Source: Limisphaerales bacterium
GTDB taxonomy: Bacteria; Verrucomicrobiota; Verrucomicrobiia; Limisphaerales; JADJPG01
Direction: 5' to 3'
NCBI GenBank assembly: GCA_044230345.1
Contig: JBGARF010000002.1
Coordinates: 193,291-257,290 of the forward strand
Length of the DNA: 64,000 nt
In this document: one piece after another, positions 48,119 to 57,222 of the stretch
How positions within the stretch are numbered: the first letter of the stretch is position 1
Layout of the letters: each line of letters opens with the position of its first letter
Notes under the pieces: generated by a model
Seen by the model: only the letters and a program-made list of their open reading frames with translations
Database searches by the model: none
Told to the model about the DNA's origin: nothing
Position numbers and translations under genes: made by a program

Positions 48119-49384
48119 TTATGCAGCTTCGGACGACGAGTTACGTTCGTCGACCTGGTGGACCACGTTCAGAAGCAAGCCCTGCCAGCCAACGTGAATG
48201 GTCCGGGTGACCGGCGCCGGATCAACCGCCTCCTCCACGCGTCCCCGCTTCCAGCTGATGATGTCGGCCACGGCCTGCTCGCCCGAACGATCTCCGGCCT
48301 CGGCATGAACAATGTCGCCACCTTCGAAATACAAGCGTCCGTGGGACCCGCTTTCGTTGAAAAAATCGAGCGCCACGGTGGCCGCGGCCAGGCACTTCAG
48401 CTGAATCACGTCGATGGCGGTCAGCTTGGTCAGCGTGGCGGCAAAATTCGCCACCCCGGACCCGTGGCTATCGTCGCTGGCCTGGCGCCGCAGGCGAATC
48501 AGCGTGACCAACTCGTCGATGTTGATCGGTTTCTCCAAAAACCGGAGGACGCCGAGTTCCTCGGCGGCTGCCCGGTAACGCCCGAGTTCCTGGGCGGTCA
48601 TCAAAACCACCTGCGCATCGGCCTGGGTCACCTGGACGTCGCACAGGAAATCGATGCCCGAACCGTCGGGCACCACGATATCGAGCAGGAAGAAATCGAT
48701 CTGATTGTTCGCCAGGAGGGTTTGCGCCTCCGCCACGTTGCGGGCCGTGAAAATTTTCACGTCGGGCAGCGCCGCCGTCAGTTTCCGTTCGATGAACGTC
48801 CGCGTCAGGAGTTCGTCCTCCAGAATCAAAACGGCAAACGGCTGGGCCGGGGCGGACTCGCTCTGCAAAGTGGACGCCCGCAGACCGGAACTCGCCTGCC
48901 ACTTGCGCGTCAGCAGGTGGGCGAGCTGCAGCACTTCCTCCCGCTCGAAGGGCTTTCGCAAGATGGCGAGATTGTCGACATCGCCCAGCGTTTGAATCAT
49001 CCGCTCCCAAGTGTAGTCCGCGTAGGCCGTGCAAATGACCACCTGCAGCTCGGGATAACGCTGCCAGATGCGGCGCACGGTTTCGATCCCGTCCCAGCCG
49101 GGCGGCATGCGGACATCCACGAAGGCCACGGCGTAAGGACGCCCCTCGGACAAGGCGGCGCGAACCATGGCCAGCCCCTCCTCGCCGCTGGCGGCCGCGT
49201 CGACCTGGAAGGACTTTGACGTTTCCGCCGGGTTTCGTTCCCCGAACAACAGTTCGTGGATCTGCCCGAGTGCCGGATTGGCGTCCAGGTCCGCGCCCAG
49301 GACCTTGCGAAAATCCTCGTGCACCGACAACGTGTCGTCGATTACGAGAATTCGATTGTTCCGCAGATTCCGTTTGCTCTTCAT
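48119..49384 (-). CDS. response regulator: two receivers + PATAN/DUF4388-like domain
   Basis: REC1 RILVIDDTLSV..AVAFVDVRMPPGWDGIET..ICTAYADYTWE..LRKPF. REC2 FAVLILEDELL..DFFLLDIVVPDGSG..LEKP. PATAN-like LTKLTAIDVIQLKCLAAATVALDF..GRLYFEGGDIVHAEAGDRSGEQAVADIISW. The ATG at 49384 (MKSKRNLRNNRILVIDD) is preferred over the GTG at 49447. Confidence 0.85.
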   Translation of the reverse strand: MKSKRNLRNNRILVIDDTLSVHEDFRKVLGADLDANPALGQIHELLFGERNPAETSKSFQVDAAASGEEGLAMVRAALSEGRPYAVAFVDVRMPPGWDGIETVRRIWQRYPELQVVICTAYADYTWERMIQTLGDVDNLAILRKPFEREEVLQLAHLLTRKWQASSGLRASTLQSESAPAQPFAVLILEDELLTRTFIERKLTAALPDVKIFTARNVAEAQTLLANNQIDFFLLDIVVPDGSGIDFLCDVQVTQADAQVVLMTAQELGRYRAAAEELGVLRFLEKPINIDELVTLIRLRRQASDDSHGSGVANFAATLTKLTAIDVIQLKCLAAATVALDFFNESGSHGRLYFEGGDIVHAEAGDRSGEQAVADIISWKRGRVEEAVDPAPVTRTIHVGWQGLLLNVVHQVDERNSSSEAA

Positions 49385-49568
49385 CAGGACCGCACGGTGC
49401 TCAGTACCTTTTCCTATCGGCGGGATTTCGCCGCTCCTTAGGCGCACCCCACCGGGTCCACCCGACAGTGGCGACGCTAAAAATTTGCTTTAGGGAATTG
49501 AATCCCAGCCGATCACAACACCCAAGCCGGGGGGACTCCGGCCCGCCGGGAGCACTTCCCTGCGCTGC

Positions 49569-50735
49569 ATGAAAGAAACGAGCGTCAATAGCCAATCCGC
49601 TCCCGAGTCGACCGGACGAAAGGTCATCCTTTTTCTGGACGACTCCCCGGAGTACCTCGAGATCCTTCAGCGGGTCATGGGCGTCTGGAGCCGCGACGAG
49701 TGGGAGATCCTCGTGGCGGGCGACACGGCGGAGGCATTGAAGACGCTCGACCAACGCACGGTGGACGCGGTGGTCATCGATCTGCACATGCCCGTGGTTG
49801 ACGGAGCGCAATTCCTGCAGATGCTCCAGAACAGCCATCCCGGCGTCCGCAAGGTCATCCTCACCGGCTGCGCCGAGGACGCGATGCGGAACCAATGTCT
49901 CAGTCAAGGCGCGGAACTTTTCCTGGAGAAGCCCCGCACCACAACCGGCCTGGAGATTGTCTACCAGACGCTGCGCCAACTCCTGGCGATGCAACCCCAG
50001 GAAGGATTTCGCGGGCTGCTTCGGCGCGTCAGCCTTTCCGACATCGTCCAGCTCGAGTGCCTCAACCGCAGCTCATCGGTCCTGGAGATCGCCGACGGCC
50101 GGCGGCGCGGCCGGATTTTCATTCAACGCGGGGACATCATCCATGCGGAGATGGACGCGCTGACGGGAGTCGACGCGTTTCGGGCCTTGATGCAGCTCAA
50201 AGGCGGCGATTTCAATCTCAAGCCTTTTCTCGCCCCGCCTCGCCAAACCATCGCCGGTTCCTGGGAGTCCCTCCTGCTGGAGGTGGCCCAGTCGGTGGAC
50301 GAACTCTGCGCTTCATCCTTCACCGCCACGGGATCCAGCAGCGGTTCCTGCCAGTCCGCCACCTGGCTGCGTCGCAAACAACTGGAGGATCTGACCGGGG
50401 CGCGCGGCAGCCGCCCCAGCCCGCGCCCGGCCTGGTCGCCGGCGCCGCCCGCGCGAGGGGCCAGCCGCCGCGGCAAGCCGCACGTAACCGAACTGCTTGC
50501 CTACGAAAACGACGGCGGCATCCTCCAATCCTCCGGCTGCAGCCAGGAAGCAGCCCGCCGCAAGTTTCTCGACGAACTATCCGTTGCCGCCCACGAGGTT
50601 TGCACCGGGCTTGAGCTGGTCGAACCGCTCAACCTCGAAGCCATCGGTGATTCGGTCCGCTGGGTCGTCCGCTGGGAGGGCGCCCGCACCACTTTCGCCT
50701 CAGCCCAATACGCCCCGCGACCCGTCGACCCCTGA
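49569..50735 (+). CDS. response regulator: receiver + PATAN/DUF4388-like domain + C-terminal extension
   Basis: Receiver KVILFLDDSPE..DAVVIDLHMPVVDG..LEKP. PATAN-like FRGLLRRVSLSDIVQLECLNRSSSVLEI..GRIFIQRGDIIHAEMDALTGVDAFRALMQLKGGDFNLKP. Confidence 0.85.
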   Translation: MKETSVNSQSAPESTGRKVILFLDDSPEYLEILQRVMGVWSRDEWEILVAGDTAEALKTLDQRTVDAVVIDLHMPVVDGAQFLQMLQNSHPGVRKVILTGCAEDAMRNQCLSQGAELFLEKPRTTTGLEIVYQTLRQLLAMQPQEGFRGLLRRVSLSDIVQLECLNRSSSVLEIADGRRRGRIFIQRGDIIHAEMDALTGVDAFRALMQLKGGDFNLKPFLAPPRQTIAGSWESLLLEVAQSVDELCASSFTATGSSSGSCQSATWLRRKQLEDLTGARGSRPSPRPAWSPAPPARGASRRGKPHVTELLAYENDGGILQSSGCSQEAARRKFLDELSVAAHEVCTGLELVEPLNLEAIGDSVRWVVRWEGARTTFASAQYAPRPVDP

Positions 50736-50743
50736 AGCTCACC

Positions 50744-52201
50744 ATGCAAAAGCCGATCGTCCTGGCCGCCGACGACAGTGTCACTGTCCGCAAGCTGATT
50801 GAGATCAGCCTGCCCCGGGCGGAATTTCAGCTGGACTTCGCGGTCGATGGCCAGGAATGCCTGCGCAAAGCGGCCGAGCAGCCGCCCGACCTGATCCTGC
50901 TCGACTACATCCTCCCCGACATGAAGGGGGTGGAGGTTTGCCAGTCGCTGCTGAATCTGCCCAAAACGCGCAACGTTCCCGTCCTCCTCATCAGCGGCAA
51001 CGGCGCGGCGATTCGGCAGACGTACGAAAGCCTCAGCAATGTCGCGGACTACCTAACCAAACCATTTGCTCCCAATGTCCTCGCCGCGGTCGTGACGCAT
51101 CAGCTTTCCAAGCGCAAGGCCGCCGCCACTTCGGCGGCAGCCGAGCCTGAGCTGAACGTGGCTGGGCCCGGCGCCATGCCCGAGAAGCCACTCGATCCCT
51201 CCGCCGAGCTCCGGGCCAAAATTCGCGCCAGCACGCGCGCCTGCCTGCGGCGCGCCTTCGTCTCGTTCCCTGCCCTGGAAGCCATGCGCGACGGCGAACC
51301 GCCGGAGGACTATTACTGGAATCATCTCGAATCGACGGGCGGATTGGGGGAACTCGAGGACGCCTTGCTGACTTTGGCCGATCTCCGGCCTCCAGCCATC
51401 CTCCTCCGCACACCGAGTGAACTGTGCCGGACCGACGATCTCCTGCGCCATCTCCAATCGACCCGGGCCAGCGGCAGTCTCGCCATTGAACTGCCCGACG
51501 AGAAGGTCCTGGTCCAATTCGAAAACGGCGAGATCGTGTTTATCACGTCAAACCACCCGAAGCGCTACTGTGCCGGCGCCCAGTTCAATTTCCGCGCGGT
51601 CGCCCCGAACGCGGTGGCCGCCGCGGTGACGGAGCAGCAACAAAAGTCGATTCCGTTCTTTCTTGGCTTGCTCCGGGCCGGAGCGCTGCCTCAGGGCTCC
51701 CCGCTGGCGGCCATCCTGCGGGCCCAGGGCGAGGCCACGCTGGCCCGGGCCATCTCGTCGCCCCAGGCCACCTACACGCTGGAAGACCGCCCGCTGGCCG
51801 GTGATCTCGCCGCGTTCCGCCTCCGGTTCCCGCTCGCCCGCTTGCTCCTCGCGGCGTACCGCACGATCGATGACTGGCTGATCATCGAATCAGCCATTCC
51901 AAACTTTGATCTGGCCTTCGCCCGCAACCCGGAAGCCGCCGCCCTCGCGCGCGACCTGAACCTGCTGCCCGCCGAGAGCCAGCTGCTAAGCCTCGTCGAC
52001 GGCGCGCGCTCCGTGCAGGAGTTGGTGACCCTCACCGCGCGTCCTCCCTATCAGGTCTGCCGACAGCTCTACCCGTTTGTACGGCTGAATTTTCTCGTGC
52101 CCGCCGCGACGCCCGCGCAACGCGAGGCCGGCGCCCAGGCCGCCTCCCGGAACGACGTCCCGGTCCTGGCGCAGACCGGAGCCGATCCTGCCGGCATTTG
52201 A
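50744..52201 (+). CDS. response regulator: receiver + PATAN/DUF4388-like domain + C-terminal extension
   Basis: Receiver KPIVLAADDSVTVRK..DLILLDYILPDMKG..LTKPF. PATAN-like DDLLRHLQSTRASGSLAIELPDEKVLVQFENGEIVFITSN. A C-terminal LSLVDGARSVQELVTL segment is also present. Confidence 0.8.
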   Translation: MQKPIVLAADDSVTVRKLIEISLPRAEFQLDFAVDGQECLRKAAEQPPDLILLDYILPDMKGVEVCQSLLNLPKTRNVPVLLISGNGAAIRQTYESLSNVADYLTKPFAPNVLAAVVTHQLSKRKAAATSAAAEPELNVAGPGAMPEKPLDPSAELRAKIRASTRACLRRAFVSFPALEAMRDGEPPEDYYWNHLESTGGLGELEDALLTLADLRPPAILLRTPSELCRTDDLLRHLQSTRASGSLAIELPDEKVLVQFENGEIVFITSNHPKRYCAGAQFNFRAVAPNAVAAAVTEQQQKSIPFFLGLLRAGALPQGSPLAAILRAQGEATLARAISSPQATYTLEDRPLAGDLAAFRLRFPLARLLLAAYRTIDDWLIIESAIPNFDLAFARNPEAAALARDLNLLPAESQLLSLVDGARSVQELVTLTARPPYQVCRQLYPFVRLNFLVPAATPAQREAGAQAASRNDVPVLAQTGADPAGI

Positions 52202-52237
52202 TTTCAATCGATTAACCAATCAACAACGACAACCAAC

Positions 52238-52603
52238 ATGAGCAAAATCCTAATCGTGGACGATCTCTCTACTGAGATTCAGGTGATGAAAACAACCGTG
52301 GGCGGACTGGGCCACCATGTGGTCGAGGCCCGCGATGGTGAAGAGGGCATTCGCCTCGCCAAACAGGAAAAGCCCGACCTGATCCTCCTCGACGTGGTCC
52401 TGCCCAAGGTCGACGGCTTTCAGGTCTGCCGGCGCCTGAAAAAGGATCCGGAGACCGCCAACATTCCCATCATCCTGGTCTCCACCAAAAACCAGGAAAG
52501 CGATCAGTTCTGGGGGATCAAACAGGGCGCCACCGCCTATCTCTCCAAACCGATCGATACCTCGGCCCTTTCCGACAACGTCAAGAAACTGCTGGCGGCC
52601 TGA
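52238..52603 (+). CDS. cheY: single-domain CheY-like response regulator (PilG position)
   Basis: 121 aa. MSKILIVDDLSTE..DLILLDVVLPKVDG..YLSKP. Confidence 0.92.
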   Translation: MSKILIVDDLSTEIQVMKTTVGGLGHHVVEARDGEEGIRLAKQEKPDLILLDVVLPKVDGFQVCRRLKKDPETANIPIILVSTKNQESDQFWGIKQGATAYLSKPIDTSALSDNVKKLLAA

Positions 52604-52662
52604 GCCGTCCGCACTGCCGCGCCGCCGTTGAACTCCGCACCAGTGATTGCAGGAAAAAACCT

Positions 52663-53031
52663 ATGAGCAAAATCCTAATCGTGGACGACCTGGCCACCGA
52701 AATTCAGGTGATGAAGGGTGTCATCGCCGGCCTCGGACATGAGGCCATGTCGGTCAATGACGGCGAGGCCGGATTTCAAGCGGCCAAGCAATACAAGCCG
52801 GACCTCATCCTCATGGATGTCGTCATGCCCAAGATGGACGGCTACCAAACCTGCCGAAAGCTGAAGAAGGATCCGGAGACGTCCGGCATTCCCGTCATCA
52901 TGGTCACCTCGAAGAACAACGACACTGATCGGTCATGGGGTCTCAAGCAAGGGGCCGTTGATTACATCGGAAAGCCGTTTTCGCCGGATGATCTCACCCG
53001 GGCCATCCGCACCCACGTGAAGGGCATCTGA
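52663..53031 (+). CDS. cheY: single-domain CheY-like response regulator (PilH position)
   Basis: 122 aa. MSKILIVDDLATE..DLILMDVVMPKMDG..YIGKPF. The first 26 nt are identical to the preceding cheY. Confidence 0.92.
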   Translation: MSKILIVDDLATEIQVMKGVIAGLGHEAMSVNDGEAGFQAAKQYKPDLILMDVVMPKMDGYQTCRKLKKDPETSGIPVIMVTSKNNDTDRSWGLKQGAVDYIGKPFSPDDLTRAIRTHVKGI

Positions 53032-53573
53032 TGAGCACCGCCTCCGTCCTCTCGCCGGCCGGCCCGCGGGAAACTTCCGGGAACCGGCGCAGCTATGGTT
53101 GTTTCGTCCGCCAGCAGCAGGCGTTCGGCCTCGATGTCGCCTTTCTCCGGGAGGTCGTCCACACCCGCAACGTGACGCCCGTGCCCGCCGCGCCGGCCAG
53201 CGTGGCGGGCGTGATCAGTCTGCGCGGGGAAATCCTGCCGGTGGTCCTCATTGATTCCCTGCTGGGCCTTCAGCCCGAACCATTCGCACCGCGCAAACCC
53301 ATCCTCGTGCTGCGCCGTGACGATTTTCTCGTCGGAGTTCAGGTGGATGTGGTGGAGCGGGTCGAGACTTTCCCCCGCGAGGAAATCCTGCCCAGCCCCC
53401 TCGCGGCGAAGTATCCCTATTTCACGGCGATCCATCATTCCCGACAACGATCGCGCCTGACCAATCTGTTGGATGCCGCCGCCCTGATCGATCAACTCGC
53501 CGGTCAAGTGGCCGGCGGCGCTGGCGCCAAGTCCAAATCGGCCACCCCTGATGCCCCTGACCTTGAAAATTAG
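53031..53573 (+). CDS. cheW: CheW-like coupling protein (PilI position)
   Basis: 180 aa. CheW-like FGLDVAFLREVV...PASVAGVISLRGEILPVVLIDSLLG. Its start overlaps the upstream stop (TGATG). Confidence 0.85.
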   Translation: MSTASVLSPAGPRETSGNRRSYGCFVRQQQAFGLDVAFLREVVHTRNVTPVPAAPASVAGVISLRGEILPVVLIDSLLGLQPEPFAPRKPILVLRRDDFLVGVQVDVVERVETFPREEILPSPLAAKYPYFTAIHHSRQRSRLTNLLDAAALIDQLAGQVAGGAGAKSKSATPDAPDLEN

Positions 53574-53657
53574 CGCCGCCCGCGCCGGCCAACCGCCGGA
53601 CCGCGGCCTTCCCGCAAAATTCATTCTAACCTTTATCAACCATCATCGTAACGAACC

Positions 53658-56270
53658 ATGAGCAAGAATCCCCAACCCCCGTCCCCGTCGGCCGGCCAGG
53701 CATCCCTGTCCGGGTTCAGCCGCCTCAACATTCGCGCCAAGCTCCTGCTGTCCATCGTGACGCTGGGCCTCGTCGCCATCGTCGCCACCGCAGGCGTCAG
53801 CTATTACCTCAGCCGCGAGGCGTTGCAGCAGGAGGCGTTCGCCAAACTGACCGCCGTCGGCAAAGCCAAAGCCGACAGCATCGAGTCTTACTACCAGAAC
53901 ATTCGATATGAACTGTCCTCCACGGCGGACAGCTTGACCGTGCGCAACGCCCTGCGCGAATTGTCGAGTGCCCGGCGCGTCCTCCTCGATGAACTGGCCA
54001 AGGCCGGTGCCCCCGTCGACGCCGCCACGGAAGCGACCATCCGCCGGGACGTCAGCACCTACTACCAGAACGTGCTCCTGGCGAACCTCGCCAAAGTCCG
54101 CTCGTCCGGCATCGGCGACGTCAAGGACTACGTGCAACCGGACCTCGAAGCCAACGTGCTGCAGTTCGTCTACACCGTGAAAAATCCCGCCGTGGTCGGC
54201 AGCAAGTCGGACAACAACGAGCTGGAATCCATCCGGACCAATCCGGCCCTCGACGCCCGCTTCCGCGAAGCGTTCGTCAAAACTTCCTTCGCCCGCGCTC
54301 ACGCAGCCTATCACCCCTGGCTGACCGAAGTCCGCACCCGCTACGGCTATTACGACATCTTCGTTTGCGATGCGGACGGCAACGTGGTCTACACCAACTT
54401 CAAGGAACTGGACTTCAACGGCAACCTGCGCACCGGCCCGGAGAAAGGGACTGGTCTTGGCGAAGCCTACGCCGCCGCCTGGGCAGCCGATCGCGACAAG
54501 ACCTTGGACGGCCACGTCCGCCTGACGGATTTCAAACCGTATCCGAAATCGTATGACGCCCCGGCGGCATTCATCTCCGCACCGATCTTCGGCGCCGACG
54601 GACGCAAGGAGGGCGTGTTTATTTATCAGATGCCCGTCGACCGCATCAACGCCGTGATGACCTCGCACGGCAAGCAGGAGGAGTTCGGCCTGGGCAAATC
54701 TGGGGAATCCTATCTGGTCGGCCCCGACTTCATCCAGCGCACCGACTCGCGTTTCATGGCGGGTTTGTCGGCCGAACAAAAACGGAAGACCGTTGCGTCC
54801 GACGGCCAGGCACTCTCGGAAACCACGATTGGCGTCCTGCCCGTCAAGACGACTGGAGCGGAGAAAGCCCTGTCGAAGGGCAGCGAAGCCGTCGGCGCGG
54901 CCGTGTATCCGGATTATCGTGGCACGCCGGTGGTGGGCTACTATGCGCCGCTCAACGTGAAGGGCCTCAACTACGCGATCCTTTCCGAAATCGACGCCTC
55001 TGAAGCGTTCGCCCCCGCCCAAAAACAAGCGATCGCGTCCAGCGTCGTGGCCTTCTTCGCCCTCCTCCTGTTCATCGGATCCGGCATCTGGCTGGCCAAC
55101 GGCTTCACCCAGCCCATCGTCGCCCTCGCCCGAACGTCGGAACGACTGGCCGCCGGCGATCTCACGGCCCGCGCCAATCTGGCGAGGCAGGACGAACTCG
55201 GCACTCTCGCAACCGGCTTCAATCGAATGGTTGAATCACTCGCCGCCACCCAGACCCGACTCTCGGAAGAAAACAAGGCGCTGCAGGCCAACATTCGTGA
55301 CCTGCTTGGCGTGGTGTCGGATGCCTCCGACGGCAATCTTTCCGTCCGGGCCAAGGTGACGGAAGGCGCGCTCGGTAACGTGGCCGACGCCTTGAACCTG
55401 ATGTTCGACAACATCGGTGAACTGCTCGGCAAGGTCCGCCAGGTCGCCAGCCAGGTGGGTTCCGCCGCCAGCCAAATCCAGGGCTCCGCCGACACGCTCG
55501 CCCAAGGTGCCGAACGCCAGTCCAACGAAATCGTCAATACGACGTCGGCCGTCCAGGAAATGTCCGCCAACATCGAGGCCGTCTCCAACAACGCCACCAC
55601 CGCCGCCGAGGCCGCCCGCCGCGCCAAGGAAGCCTCCGAGGACGGCAACCGGTCCGTCAGCGAGGTCATCAACGGCATGGAAAAACTCCGTGAAGACGTG
55701 CAGGCGCTGGCGAAGAAGATCAAGCGCCTGGGCGAACGTTCGATGGAAATCTCCACCATCACGAACACCATCGCGGAAATCTCCAACCAGACCAACATTC
55801 TGGCCCTGAACGCCGCCATCGAAGCGGCGCGCGCCGGCGAACAAGGCCGCGGCTTCGCCGTCGTCGCCGAGGAAGTCCGCAAGCTGGCCGAACGAACCGC
55901 CGGTTCGACCCGCGAAATCGAGAAGCTCATCGGCAGCATCCAGGCCGAGACGAACGAGGCGGTTGCCTCGATGGAAGCGCAGACTCACGCGGTGGAACAG
56001 GAAAGCCGCATCGTGTCGGCCGCCGGCGAGGCGCTGGGCCGCATTCGCGAGGTGTCCCTGCAGTCCGCCGAGTTGATCAATGAAATCAATCTCTCGGGCA
56101 AACAGCAGGTCCGCGGCGCCGCCGGTGTCGCGCAAGCGATGGAAATCGTGGCGCAGGTCGCCGATCAAGCCCGCAACGGCGCCCAACAAACCAAGCAATC
56201 CACGCAGGGCCTGACCGAGCTCGCCGAGGAACTCAACCGGTCGGTCGCCCAGTTCAAGCTGGCCGCCTGA
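53658..56270 (+). CDS. methyl-accepting chemotaxis protein with periplasmic Cache-like sensor and HAMP (PilJ position)
   Basis: TM helix [23 protein letters not shown]. Cache-like [18 protein letters not shown] and [19 protein letters not shown]. Second TM helix, then HAMP. Signalling hairpin [40 protein letters not shown]. Confidence 0.92.
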   Translation: MSKNPQPPSPSAGQASLSGFSRLNIRAKLLLSIVTLGLVAIVATAGVSYYLSREALQQEAFAKLTAVGKAKADSIESYYQNIRYELSSTADSLTVRNALRELSSARRVLLDELAKAGAPVDAATEATIRRDVSTYYQNVLLANLAKVRSSGIGDVKDYVQPDLEANVLQFVYTVKNPAVVGSKSDNNELESIRTNPALDARFREAFVKTSFARAHAAYHPWLTEVRTRYGYYDIFVCDADGNVVYTNFKELDFNGNLRTGPEKGTGLGEAYAAAWAADRDKTLDGHVRLTDFKPYPKSYDAPAAFISAPIFGADGRKEGVFIYQMPVDRINAVMTSHGKQEEFGLGKSGESYLVGPDFIQRTDSRFMAGLSAEQKRKTVASDGQALSETTIGVLPVKTTGAEKALSKGSEAVGAAVYPDYRGTPVVGYYAPLNVKGLNYAILSEIDASEAFAPAQKQAIASSVVAFFALLLFIGSGIWLANGFTQPIVALARTSERLAAGDLTARANLARQDELGTLATGFNRMVESLAATQTRLSEENKALQANIRDLLGVVSDASDGNLSVRAKVTEGALGNVADALNLMFDNIGELLGKVRQVASQVGSAASQIQGSADTLAQGAERQSNEIVNTTSAVQEMSANIEAVSNNATTAAEAARRAKEASEDGNRSVSEVINGMEKLREDVQALAKKIKRLGERSMEISTITNTIAEISNQTNILALNAAIEAARAGEQGRGFAVVAEEVRKLAERTAGSTREIEKLIGSIQAETNEAVASMEAQTHAVEQESRIVSAAGEALGRIREVSLQSAELINEINLSGKQQVRGAAGVAQAMEIVAQVADQARNGAQQTKQSTQGLTELAEELNRSVAQFKLAA

Positions 56271-56301
56271 TTCAACCGTCCACTCCGGCCCGTCATCGCG
56301 T

Positions 56302-57222
56302 ATGCCCAGTCCCGAGATTCAACCGGTGTCCACCCAGGACCTCGAGGCGGTCCGGCAGTTCCTCTGCCGCCGCTTCGGGTTCTGGGTGAAGGACGACTGG
56401 TTGGGGCGGCTGCGCGACAAGATCCGCGCGCGCATGGAGGCGACTGGCAGCAGCACCCCGTTGGATTACCGCCAGCGGCTCGAAGCCACGGCCGGCACCG
56501 CGCCCGCCGTGGCCCCCGAAGCGCGGGAACTGATCGAGGAACTGCTGATTCACGAAAGCCAGTTTCGACGCAACCCGGAGCAACTCGCCACCTTCGAGCA
56601 CGAGATCCTGCCGGAGTGGCAGGCCGGACCCGCCGGCCAGACCCGGCGCGTGGCCAGCCTCGGCTGCTCGACGGGCGAGGAAGCCTACACGCTGGGCATG
56701 AGCATCGAGGACTGCCTGGGCCAGGAGCGCGCCGAGGCCGTGCAAATCGTGGGACTCGACCTCAGTCGTCGTGCCATCGAAGCCGCCCGGCGCGGCCTTT
56801 ATCCAGCCTTTCGGCTGCGCGACCTGCCGACCGCCGTTCGAACGCGACATTTTACCGAGTCGCCCGAAGGCTGGCAGGTCGACGCGCGACTGCGCCGACG
56901 GGTGCGTTTCCTGCAGCACAACCTGCTCGACCCGCTTCCCATCAATTGCCTGGACGCCATCTTCTGCTGCAACGTCCTCATTTATTTTCCACCCGCCTCC
57001 GTGCGGGACGCCCTCGAACACGCGTATCGCGCGCTCAAACCCAACGGTCACCTTTTCCTCGGTCCGACCGACTCAGCCCTCGCCCTGCGCGATCGGTTCG
57101 AACCTTTGTCCAGTCCCGACACCACGTATTACCGGCGCCTTCCCTCACGCCTCGAGGCGGGCGACGCCGCGGTTACCCCACTCCTTCCCTCCCATCATGA
57201 GCCTGTTTCGCAACAACCCTGA
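56302..57222 (+). CDS. cheR: chemotaxis protein methyltransferase CheR (PilK position)
   Basis: ASLGCSTGEEAYTLGM, VGLDLSRRAIEAARRGLYP and DAIFCCNVLIYF are SAM-methyltransferase/CheR motifs. Confidence 0.9.
   Translation: MPSPEIQPVSTQDLEAVRQFLCRRFGFWVKDDWLGRLRDKIRARMEATGSSTPLDYRQRLEATAGTAPAVAPEARELIEELLIHESQFRRNPEQLATFEHEILPEWQAGPAGQTRRVASLGCSTGEEAYTLGMSIEDCLGQERAEAVQIVGLDLSRRAIEAARRGLYPAFRLRDLPTAVRTRHFTESPEGWQVDARLRRRVRFLQHNLLDPLPINCLDAIFCCNVLIYFPPASVRDALEHAYRALKPNGHLFLGPTDSALALRDRFEPLSSPDTTYYRRLPSRLEAGDAAVTPLLPSHHEPVSQQP

Noticed and set aside
45767-49219. Plus-strand ORFs 45767..46876, 46444..47208 and 48092..49219, opposite the minus-strand regulator/kinase operon.
   Set aside because: The sense frames contain receiver, PATAN-like, HisKA and HATPase motifs. 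The antisense frames have none.
49385-49568. Sigma-54-type promoter (TGGCG...TTGC) in the divergent region between the two PATAN operons.
   Set aside because: The GG-to-GC spacing is 16 nt instead of the canonical ~11, so it does not fit the -24/-12 geometry.
53643-56198. ORFs 53643..55028, 54971..55939 and 55236..56198, antisense to the MCP gene.
   Set aside because: The MCP frame carries TM, Cache-like, HAMP and the highly conserved signalling hairpin. The antisense frames are low complexity.
56771-57196. N-terminal extensions in the ORF track for cheA (56771) and cheB (60040). Similarly for thiC (44684), the second sigma factor (34304) and the hypothetical at 15629.
   Set aside because: The extensions overlap the preceding gene, a riboswitch or a repeat. 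They are Pro/Arg-rich. Internal ATGs give canonical N-termini and start/stop coupling.
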